Assembly: GCF_004010195.1 (NCBI RefSeq)
Contig: NC_057749.1
Coordinates: forward strand, 15,706,256-15,745,198
DNA from: Chiloscyllium plagiosum
Lineage: Eukaryota
DNA: 38,943 bases
Direction: 5' to 3'
Under the pieces are notes generated by a model. It worked only from the letters and a program-made list of their open reading frames with translations, was not told where the DNA came from and did no database searches. Below are positions 13,301 to 25,300 of this stretch, in pieces. The translations under genes and the position numbers were made by a program. Position 1 is the first letter of the stretch, and the number at the start of each line of letters is the position of its first letter.

Positions 13301-16300
13301 GATTTTACCTTTTACAAGAAAAGTAATTGCTTCTCCACTTTATACCATTTCGGCTTACAAACGGTTTCAAAGGAATGCTCTATTTTAAGGGGAACCTTGT
13401 ATTGCAAGTACCTCCTCACAAAGTTTTGAGAAGGTTTGTAGCTCAGGTTGAGGTTCTGGATGTAGGTTTGCTCGCTGAGCTGGGAGGTTCACTTCCAGAC
13501 GTTTCGTCACCATACTAGGTAACATCTTCAGCGAGCCTCCAGGCGAAGCACAGCTGATGATTTCTGCTTTCTATTTGTGTGTTTGGGTTTCTTTGATAAA
13601 CAGAAAACAGATGGGTGATGAAACATCTGAAAATGAACCTTCCAGCTCAGTGAGCAAACCTACATCCAAGTACCTCTTCATCCGACTTGTCAAATTCTGC
13701 TTGCCTCTCGCTCCTCTCGGGATGCTTTGTTAACTTGCTACATAAATGCAAGTTCATGGTGGCTGAAGGAGACGGGCATCTCTGTGGATGGGGAAAAACA
13801 TTAAAATGCCACATTAGGATCACCCAGTGCAGCAGCAGTGTGTACCATCTACAAGAGGCGCTGCAGAAATTCATCCAAGATCCTCAGACAGCAGCTTCCA
13901 AACTCACAACTATTTCCATGTCAAAGGACAGGGAAATGAGGCCTGGGGCAGATCAGCCATGATCTTACAGAATGGCCAAGCAGACTTGATGGGCTGAATG
14001 GCCTACGTCTTCATGCCGTTGGTACCAATCTAACCCACACTGACCATTCGGCCAACCCACTCCCTCCATGCAGGAGACCAAGTTGCCATGACAACATGCA
14101 GGGTTGTAGACCGAAGCTCTGGGTAGTGATGGTGGACACTCCAATCACCCACGTGGTTGTCCAGGAATCTCTCATGCTCCGACCCCTGGCCTTTGGTGAA
14201 TATTGGAAGGACGGACACGTTGACCCTCAACATGTTTGACTGTGTTAAAGCAAGCTTGTCTTGACCCAGTCCAGCCTCAGAGTGGGACTCCAACCTGGAG
14301 CTTCAGGCTCAGAGGCAGGGACACTACACACTGCAGGCCTTCCATAGATTACACCCGGAAAATGGACAGGTTCAGAGAAGGAATTCCATAGCTTTGGACT
14401 TGGATAGTTGGAATCAAACCACCGACGGAAATACACAGGTGGCCAGGACTGAAGTTAAAATAGAATTGAATCAAATCAAAGCAGGTTTTCTTTGAGATGG
14501 TGATCAAACAGGTGGATGAGGGTAAAGCAGTTGATGTGTACATGGGTTTCAGTAAGGCGTTTGTTAAGGTTCCCCAAGGTAGGCTATTGCACAAAATACG
14601 GAGGCATGGGATTGAGGGTGATTTAGCAGCTTGGATCAGAAATTGGCTAGCTGTAAGAAGACAGAGGGTGGTGGTGGATGGGAAATATTCATCCTGGAGT
14701 TCAGTTACTAGTGGTGTTTCGCAAGGATCTGTTTTGGGCCCACTGTTGTTTGTCATTTATATAAATGACCTGGATGAGGGTGTAGAAAGATGGGTTAGTA
14801 AATTTGCAAATGACACTAAGGTCGGTGGAGTTGTGGATAGTGACGAAGGATGTTGCAGGTTACAGAGGGACATAGATAAGCTGCAGAGCTGGGCTGAGAG
14901 GTGGCAAATGGAGTTTAATGCAGAAAACTGTGAGGCGATTCATTTTGGAAGGAGCAACAGGACTGCAGAGTACTGGGCTAATGGTAAGATTCTTGGTAGT
15001 GTGGGTGAACAGAGAGATCTCAGTGTCCATGTACATAGATCCCTGAAAGTTGCCACCCAGGTTGATAGGGCTATGAAGAAGGCATATGGTGTGTTAGCTT
15101 TTATTGGTAGAGGGATTGAGTTTTGGAACCATTAAGTCATGCTGCAGCTGTACAAAATTCTGGTGCGGCCGCACTTGAAGTATTGCATACAGTTCTGGTC
15201 ACTGCATTATAGGAAGGATGTGGATGCTCTGGAACGGGTTCAGAGGAGATTTACTAGGTATGGTGGGAAGGTCTTATGAGGAAAGCCTGAGACACCGGAG
15301 GCTGTTTTTGTTAGAGAGAAGGTTGAGAGGTGCCTTAATTGAGACATATTATGGCGATGGCCAGCATGAGGGGACATAGTTTTAAATTGAGGGGTGATAG
15401 ATAATGGGACAGATGTCAGAAGCATTTTATTTTACTCAGAGAGTAGTAGGGGCATGGAAAGCACTGCCCGCAACACTAGTGGACTCGCCAACCTTAAGGG
15501 CAATTGAATGGTCATTAAATAGGCATATAGACAAGAATGGAATAGTGTATGTTAGATGGGCTTCAGATTGGTTCCACAGGTCAGCGCAACATAGAGGGCT
15601 GAAGGGCCTGTACTGCACCATAATGTTCTATGTTCTAGGCCATTTGGCCCATTGAGTCCACACCTACCCTCTGAAAAGCATCCTACCCAATAAGACCCAC
15701 CTCCTTACCCTATCCCCGTAATCCTGCATTTCCCATGGCTAACCCACCAAGCCTACACATCTTTGGATTGTGGGAGGAAACCGTAGCACCCAGGGGAAAC
15801 CCACACAGACAGGGGAAGAATGTGCAAACTCCACACAGACAGCCCACGGGTTGAATGGAACCCAGTCCCCGGTGCTGTGAGGCAGCTGGGCTAACCATGG
15901 AGCCACCGTGCTGGAGAGGCTACATAGATCGGGATATTCGAAAATCTGGACATTAGGATGGAAATTTTAATTGCGAGGCATTGCCAGATCCAGATTTTAA
16001 ATGACTATTGAATAACAGAGTATTGGTGAGCTCCACTGTGATGGACACTTACTCCGACAGACTCTCCTGGACCAGGGACTGCTGCCCAGAAAGATGCAGG
16101 ACTTGCAGGCGATCGACGTGAGCAACCAAAACACTTTCATTTCTCAGATGGATGGCTGCAGTGGGACCTGAGAGAGGGGGAGAGAGGGGGGGAGAAAAGA
16201 AAGAGAAAAAGAAAGAGAGAAAGAAAAAGAAAGAGAGACAGGGAGGGAGACAGGGAGGCAGGCAGAGAGTGGGAGAGGTGGTAAAAAAAACACCAGCAGG

Positions 16301-19300
16301 ATGGTCAAGAGATGAGCGATTCACTGCTGGGCACACAGACCCAAGGGAATTAATTCACCCATAATTCAACTCTCCCAAAGGTTCGATTTCTAGGTGCATA
16401 CGGCTGAAGGGAAACACACCGAGCAGTGCGCAGACACATCACCACCAGGACACTGACAATTCAACACAATCAAACTGATGCTCCTCACCCACAAACAGGC
16501 CATTTCACCGGATCGATCCACGTCAGTGCCCTTGCATCATGTGGGACACGTTTCTCTCCTTCCCGACCGCAACATTCCCCTGACACTCTTTAACCATTCC
16601 CCCCCCCCACCAAACCCCTCCACCAGGAAGTGAGCCCTACATTCTCACCATTCTCTCGATACCGAGCTGCCTCCTGAACTCTTCATTGGATTCATATCTA
16701 TAAAGAGCATAAAAAAACAAGAATAGGCCATTCAGCCCCTCAAGCCTCCTATCATGCCAACTCCTCATAGCCCTCAACTGCTGCTCGATCTTTCAAAACA
16801 CCTGTCTCCTCTTTAAATACCTGCAGTCAGTTAGCCTCCACAACTCTCTGGGGGAGAGAATTCCAAAGATTTGTTGCCCTCTGGAAATTGAAACTCCTTT
16901 GCACGTCCCAAATTTTGTTCCAGTCTCTTCCACATGTTATAGAGTCAGAGATGTACAGCATGGAAACAGACCAACCCGTCCATGCCGATCAGATATCCCA
17001 ACCCAAACCTAGTCCCACCTGCCAGCACCCGGCCCATATCCCTCCAAACCCTTCCTATTCATATACCCATCTAAATGCCTCTTAAATGTTGCAATTGTAC
17101 CAGCCTCCACCACATCCCCTGGCAGCTCATTCCAAACACATACCACCCTCTGCGTGAAAAAAGTTGCCCCTTAGGTCTCTTATATCTTTCCCCTCTCACC
17201 CTAAACCTATGCCCTCTAGTTCTGGACTCCCCGACCCCAGGGAAAAGACTTTGTCTATTTATCCTATCCGTGCCCCTCATGATTTTATAAACCTCTATAA
17301 GGTCACCTCTCAGTCTCCGACGCTCCAGGGAAACCGGCCCCAGCCTGTTCGAAATCTTATTGATCTTCACCAAGTCACCAACTGAGCTTTCTTAATGCAG
17401 ACAACTCCGGCCTGTAGAATCATAGTATAATCATAGAATCCCTACAGTGTGGAAGCAGACTATTCAGCCCATCAAGTCCACACCATCCCACCCAGACCCA
17501 ATCCCTCATCCTATCTCTGCATTTCCCATGGCTAACCGACCTAACTGACATCTCTAGACACTAGGCGCAATTTAGCATGGCCAATCCACCCTAACCTGTA
17601 CAGGAACCTGGAACAAACTCACACAGACACGGCAAGATGTGCAAACTTCACACAGTCACCCAAGGCTGGAATCGAACCCAGGTCCTGGGGCTGTGAGGCC
17701 GCATGGTCTCTCTGCCTTTTCCGATAGATGTATCCAGTCCATCTGGTACACATCTCCACAGCACTATGCCATGAACTCCATTAGATAAGACAAAAACAAT
17801 ATTTTCCACGAGGAACCTACATTTACATAGCACCTTTCACAATCTCAGCATGTTCCAAAACAGCCTTGAATTATTTTTGAAGTGCGTGCTCTCGGAAATG
17901 CAGTGGTCAATTTGTGCAGAGCAAGATCCCACAAACAACAATGTGACGTAAAACATGTAGTTGGCTATGATGTCAACTGACAGAAATTTCTTTTCCAGGA
18001 CACTCAAGAGAAAAACCTGACCATCCTGTCGAAAAGGACAGTTTCTCTGACAATGCAGCACTCCCTCAGTAATGCACTGGGACATACACCTGTCTAGATT
18101 TTGTTGTGGGACTTGAATCCCTGACTGAGGGCAGAGACCATGAGCCACAGGTGACCCCTGTGAATGAAACACGCGGTAAACCTACCTGACAAAGTGGGCT
18201 CCACAGCCTCCTCTTGGGACAGGATGGTCTTGGAATGTTCCGGGCCTGCTATGGATAGAGGTCCCTCAATCCGCAGTCCAGAAGGCATCAGGAAATGGGC
18301 CTGTGCGCCAGCTCCCAGCTCCCCCTGCCACGTGGATACACTCGAGGTAACCTCCGACCTGCAACATTTCACCTGGGCTTAATGTTGAATCGACACAGTC
18401 AGGGTTAATCGCTGCTCCAGATCCCTGCCTTTGGCCCACATCCCTTAATACCTTCACTTAACAAAAATATATTTATCTCAAATTTAAAATTAAACAAATA
18501 ATCTAACATCCACTTCCGCTGGTGGAAGAAAATTCCAAACCTCTCAAACCCTTTGTGTGTAAAAGTGCTTCCTAACATCTCTCCTGAACAGTCTGGCCCT
18601 AATGTTCAGACAGTGCCCCCAGTTCTAGAAACGCCAATCACTGGAAATTGTTTATCTTTAACTACCCTGTCTTTTCCTGTTAGTATCCTGAAGACCTTGA
18701 TCAGATCGTCTCTTAACCTCGCCATCTTTACACTGCAGTCCTCAGACACACAGCCCAGGATTCCATTAGCTTTCTTGATTACTTGCATTTATATAGTACC
18801 TTTCACATCCTCAGGATATCAGAAGTGCTTCACAGGCAGCGAACTACTGTCACAACTGGTGTAATGTGGCTAATACAGAATTCAATTAGTGCACAGCCCT
18901 CTCCCACAATGATCACCGAGGGAGCTAATGATCCAATTGTTTAATTAAAAAGTTGCTGTTTGCTGAGATATAAACATTGACCCAGGACACCAGGGAGTCC
19001 TCCACTGATCCTCCCTGAATGGTGGCCGTGGGATTTTTCACACCCATCTGGCGCAAGGCCTGTGGTTAACACCTCTTCCATAAGGCAGAGCATCCAACAG
19101 TGCCGGCACTCCCTCAGCACCGACCCTCCGACAGTGCGGCACTCCCTCAGCACTGACCCTCCGACAGTGCCGCACTCCCTCCGCACTGACCCTCCGACAG
19201 TGCCCCTTCCCTCAGCACTGACCCCCCGACAGTGCGGCACTCCCTCAGCACTGACCCTCCGACAGTGCGGCACTCCCTCAGCACTGACCCTCCGACAGTG

Positions 19301-22300
19301 CCGGCACTCCCTCAGCGTTGCAGTGATAGTGTCAGCCAGCACTATTCTGTCACATTTCTGGAGAGGATGTGAACACGTGTGGTCGAGGAGAGAGTGCATT
19401 TCCTGGCCTCCATCACCGTCAAGCAGCCGCAGTGGGTTTACAGAAGGGGCTTTGATAACAGAAGGATGTCCCAGGAGACAAAGCAAGGAAGGATGCTCCA
19501 TCATTAAAGGTGGAAACTGAAAGTATTTGAGGGAAGGAGGCATGGAGAACGCGAGATGACGTCAGCTGCTATCCCAACCAAGATAGACTGGGTAACCCAA
19601 CTGGAAACATCAGCAACACTGGGCTACTAAGGCTTCAAGTGAACCTACATTTTGGGGCATAGTCACCAATCCACAACCATCTCACGGGACTGAATGATAT
19701 CTTTGTGACAAAAGTCAAAAGTGTTGTTGGTCTTGTCTCCACGGTTTCAGAGGGAGATTATGGATCAACAATCACATCACCTATGAGTCACAGCTGAACC
19801 ATAGAACGTTTAGGAGGAGAGAGTCAAACAGCAAACACACCAACAGCCCCGCAAATCTCCCTTCCCATTCAACAAATGATGCCTGATCTGATATTGGCAC
19901 ATTCCCACCACCCTGATAACCTTTCACCCTCACAAACCCAAAACAGAAATTGCTACAAAAACTCAGCAGGTCTGGCAGCATCTATGGAGAGAAATCAGAC
20001 ATAACGTTTCAATTCTAGAGACCCCCCCCCCCCCCCTCCCCGACTCCCGCACACCCAGTTCTGAGGAAGGGTCACTCAGCCTGAAACATTAACTTTGCTT
20101 TCTCTCTGCAGGTACTGCCAGACCTGCTGAGCTTTCCCAGCAATTTCTGTTTTCCCTTTCTGATTTACAGCATCCCCAGTTCTTTCAGATTTTAACTTTT
20201 CACCCTCCTGGTTAATCAGGAACCTATCCAACCTTGGTCTTCAAAATATTCAAAGACTCTGCTTCCAGCATCACTGCAGGAGCAGGATTCCTAGACTCCT
20301 GACCCTCAGTGAGAAAATATTTCTCCTCATCTCTGTCTGAAATGGGCAAGCCCTTATTTTTAAACCGTGATCTTTGTTCTAGACTGCCCCAAGCACAGAA
20401 ACAGCCATTCCAGAATAACTTGTCAAGATGATCCACGTTTCAATTGTGCCTGTTCCGAATCCTCAATAGCCCCTCACTCAGTTCCCTCTCAAATATTTCA
20501 AAGGCACCTTGCAAATTCCAAGATGGATTTGACATCCTGTACTATCTCCAGTGGGAATCTCTCTCTGGGCGGCTCACTGGCCTTATCCACATCCTCGCCA
20601 AAGGAGTCAGACCGGTGCTGGACACAAAACCTTCAGGAAGGTGCACTGGCTCTGAAGAGAGTGGCAGTGCCCATTCCTCAGTATCAGGACAGGACTGAGG
20701 GTTAAATTACAAGGACAGGTTGCATCAACTTGACTCTCATTCCCTTGAGTTTAGGAGATTTATACACTTAATGGTGAGGTCCTAGGGAGTGTTGCTGAAC
20801 AAAGAGAACTTGGAGTGCAGGTTCATAGCTCCTTGAAAGTGGAGTCGCAGGTAGATAGGATAGTGAAGAAGGCACTTAGTATGCTTTCCTTTATTGGTCA
20901 GAGTATTGAGTACAGGAGTTGGGAGGTCATGTTGCGGTTGTACAGGACATTGGCTAGGCCACTATTGGAATATTGCGTGCAATTCTGGGCTCCTTCCTAT
21001 CGGAAAGATGTGAAACTTGAAAGGGTTCAGAAAAGATTGACAAGGATGTTGCCAGGGTTGGAGGATTTGAGGTATAGGGAGAGGCTGAACAGGCTACGGC
21101 TGATTTCCCTGAAGCGTCGGAGGCTGAGGGGTGACCTTATAGAGGTTTACAAAATTATGAGGGGCATGGATTAGGTAAATAGGCAAAGTCTTTTCACTGG
21201 GATCGGGGAGTCCAGAACTAGAGGGCATAGGTTTAGGGTGAGAGGGAAAAGATATAAAAGAGACCTAAGGGGCAACTTTTTCACACAGAGAGTGGTACAG
21301 ATATGGAATGAGCTGCCAGAGGACGTGGTGGAGGCTGGTACAATTGCAACATTTAAGAGGCATTTGGATGGGTATATGAATAGGAAGGGTTTGGAGGGAT
21401 ATGGGCCAGGTGCTGGCAGGTGGGACTAGATTGGGTTGGGATATCTGGTTGGCATGGACGGATTGGACCGAAGGGTCTGTCTCCATGCTGTACATCTCTA
21501 TGACTCTATGACTATTTTAGGGCGTGGACTGAAATGTTTAAATGTTAGAAGGAAGCAGACAGTGTGGCCATGGTGGAAGTTTCTCCAGAGTGGGAGAGGT
21601 TAGCCACTGGGGGTCAGAGTTAAAGGTAGGGCCAGTTTGACCACAGATGAAATTGAGAGTTCTTCATTCACACAGTGGATAACTGTAATGGTCTTTGGAA
21701 AAGTCAGCATTTGTACATCAAACACATGGCGAAACTCACAGGGTGTCTCAGGTAAATACATAACTTACATGTACAAAAACTAAAGTAATACAATAGATAA
21801 AATTAATATTTTAAAGACCCATCTAATTCACTAACGTCCTTTAGGGAAGGAAATCTGCCGTCCTTACCTGGTCTGGCCTCCACATGACTTCAGACCCACA
21901 GTAATGTGAGTGATTCTGAACTCCCCACTGAAACAGCAGAGCGAGCCACACTCCGCAGGCTATACTCACATCCCAAGAATAAAGTGACAGAAACAAAACT
22001 TTCCTCAGCATCAGGCCCTGCTGTGACTTAAATCACAGCTGAGGCAGGTCACAGCCAAATAAGTCAATATCAATCATCCAAGACAAAAGCAACTCATTTG
22101 ATCAATAGAGACACACAGCACAGAAACAGGCCCTTTGGCCCAACTAATCCATGCCAACCAGATTTCCTAAACTGAACTAGTCCCATTTGCATGCATTTAT
22201 TCTTGCATCTGTCCAAATGCCTTTTAAATGTTAACTGTACCAGCCTCTACCTCTTCCTCTGGCAGCTCATTCCATACCCACACCACCCTCTGTGTGAACA

Positions 22301-25300
22301 AGTTGCCCAAGTCACACTTTTGAATTTTTCCCTTCTCACCTTAAAAGTACCCCATACACCATCTTCAACACCTGCTCACTCCACCTCCGACACTCAGTAG
22401 CAGCGGTATGTACCACCTACATGACACACTGCCGAAAATGACCAAATGATCCGCAGACAGCATCTTCCAAACCCACGCCCAATTCCACATGGAAGGACAA
22501 GGGCAGCAGATACATGGGATTATCATCCCCCTGTAAGTTCCGCTCCGAGCTGCTCACCACCCTGAACTGGAGATATATCACTGTTCCTTCAGTGTCACTG
22601 GGTTCAAGTCCTGGAATTCAGTCACTAAGGGCACTATGGGTCAACGTCAACCCTATGGACTGCAGCAATTCAAACAGGCAATTTCTCCAGGGAAATGGGA
22701 ATAAATGGTGGCCAGCCAGACACATGCAAATCCTGTGAATAAATAACTGTATTTAGACATCTCCCTACATGATCACGTGTGAAACACTCTGACCCTACAA
22801 CATACCTCTCAGGCAGGTGGCTGCTTCCAGTCCCAGTTAAAGGCTTATCACTCACTGTTAGCCCAGCATTAGTGTCTGTAAGGAATCAGGAGATGGCATT
22901 GTAAAAAAAAAGTTGCTTTTCTTCATTGCGACAACACAAGCCTGTGGTAGAACCCTGCTCTTTAAAGTCCACAATTATTGGATCCGTTGTTAATTTTGAG
23001 TCTGAGACAGATAAATTTTTGTCAAGCGAAGTTATTACAGCTTATGGGCCAAAGTTAGACTGCAGATCAGCCACTGAATGGTGGTGTCGGCTCGAGGGGC
23101 TGAATGGTCTCCCCGTTCCTTTGTAACTTGGTGACTTTATCATCAAAACCAATGCACAATAGTCCGCTGTCCTAATGGTTCCCCCGACAGAAGGCATGAT
23201 CCTACAGGGTTCCACCACAGTCACGGGCCCCATCCCATGCCCACACAAATTATCCGACAGCACGTAATATAGAGAGTCAAACATCCCAGGTCCAACGGTT
23301 GCCTAGCAACATCACCAACCCCCCCAACCCCTCCGTCCCCAGACAGCAACCATTATCATCAGATTCAGTTGCCTTCAGCCAATGTCCGAGCACCTCCTAC
23401 CGGGTTCTGGTTCTTCACTGCAGGTGTCCACATTGATCTCCTCAGATCCATGAGTGCTCCCACCTGCCCTGTCGCCACTCGCCTCGGGATCACTCCCTTG
23501 GCTCTCTGATAATTCGAGCAATCCCAGACCAGCCTGGGACAAACCTGGGGGGAAAAAAAAATAAAAGCAAAACACGTCCGCAAGGTCTTCATGGATGAGG
23601 GAGGCCATTCAAAACAGTCTTGCCTGCCTCATCAAAAAAAAAGGAACTATACTTCCCCCCGTAGGATTTCATTTTAATCACTGGCTTTGGAATGAGGCTG
23701 GGCCAGGATTTCATGCCCATCTCTAGTCCCCTGTGAAAGGTGGCATTCGGCTGCCCCCATGAACTGCTCCTGCTGGCCATCTTGTGTACTGGCACCCACA
23801 CAGTGTGGGCGGGGGAGGGGGTTGCTCGGATTCTGACCCGGGTACACTGAAGGAACGGCGATCGATTCCCAAGTCAGGATGGAGGGGGAGCTTGCAGGAG
23901 GTGATGGCGTCCCCGCGTACCTGCTGCCCTTGCCCTTCTCAAATAAAGTACTTCCCAAACATCGTGACCCACCCCCATGTAGGTGGGACCCCAGGCCGGT
24001 GAGATCAGGTGGACAGGTGGGGGCAGAGGAAGGAGGTTTAAAAACGACATGAGGGACAATTTTTTTTTAAATTACAGACAGTGGCTCGCGTTTGGAATGA
24101 ACTTCCACAGAAAGTGGTGGATGCAGGTACAGTTACAACGTTTAAGAGACATTTGGATAAGTACACGGATGGGAAAGGTTTGGAGGGACATGAGCCAGGA
24201 GCGGGCAGGTGGGACTGGTTTAGTTTGGGATTATGGTCGGCAGGGACTAGTTGGGCCGAAGGGTGCGTTTCTGTGCTGTCTGACCCTATGAGGCCTGGAG
24301 GAGCAGCTGTGGGGGACCCTGTTTAACCCTCTGACTCTTTAATCAAAGGCACCTGGCTCTGGAGTCAGGATATGTGGTTGGCCAGTTAGGCTCCTCGTAG
24401 GAAAGAAACTATAAGATTGATCAGCTTTTCACACCACAGTCCGAGCTTCACAGCAATCCCTGCTGGGGGGAGCCTGACATTCTCTTGGGTTTGCCTGGGG
24501 GTCACGACCCAAGAGGAAACCCATGTTCGAGGGGTTGACGATCCCACATTTGGAAGCTGCTGTTGGAAAACCCTTGGCGAGTCACTGCAGTGTAGTTTGA
24601 AGATGGTACACACTGTTACTGCCACCAAAAGGTTTTTGGGCTCCTCTGTTTTAAATGTCCTAACTTCTTTCAATTTAACACAAAATAATAATCTGCTAGA
24701 GGAAACAAAGTTTTGTTTTCCTCCCAGTTATCATGATAAACGAGTCCACTGAGCATGGCAACTCTTTAACCCTATCTATACCCCTCTCTGATTTGACAGA
24801 GGTTTATGAAATCATGAGGGGTATAGATAGGGTTAATGGCAGGTGTCTTTTCCCTTAGGTGAGGAATTTCAAGACTAGGGGACATTTTCTCTTCAAGTGA
24901 GAGGAGAGAGATGAGGGGCAACTCCTTTTTTTAAAACACAGAGACCTGTTCACGTGTGGAATGAATTTCTAGAATAAGTGGTGCTTGCAGGTACAGTTAC
25001 AACATTTAAACGACACTTAAATAAGCGCAGGGATAGCAACGGTTTGGGCCAAGCACAGGCAGGTGGGACTAGTTCAGTTTGGGATTATGGCCAGCATGGA
25101 CTGGTTGGACCGAAGGGTCTGTTTCCCTGCTGTCTGACTGTATGTGAAATGCTGACACTTCACCCCAATGGTCCTTCCTCATATGCCAGTCAGGTCAACA
25201 ACCCTTTGCACTTTCAGGAGAAAGGTCAGGCCCCAGTACTCTGTAGCCAAGGCGCACAGCAGCTGAGGTAAACGATGCCTGATCCTCCGCTGGGTGAAAA

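Noticed and set aside
14497..15135. Reverse transcriptase ORF as a functional or domesticated gene
   Set aside because: 5'-truncated CR1 fragment with mutated catalytic motif (FAND) and downstream stops and deletions.
16380..16700. Cluster of tgcgca, cacgtca and caggaagtg motifs as an intronic promoter
   Set aside because: Short motifs expected by chance, with no CpG island or other support.
19380..19516. Candidate exon after a tactttcAG acceptor
   Set aside because: Reaches a stop in phase 1, has no convincing donor, and is not needed once 22806-22875 is used as exon 7.
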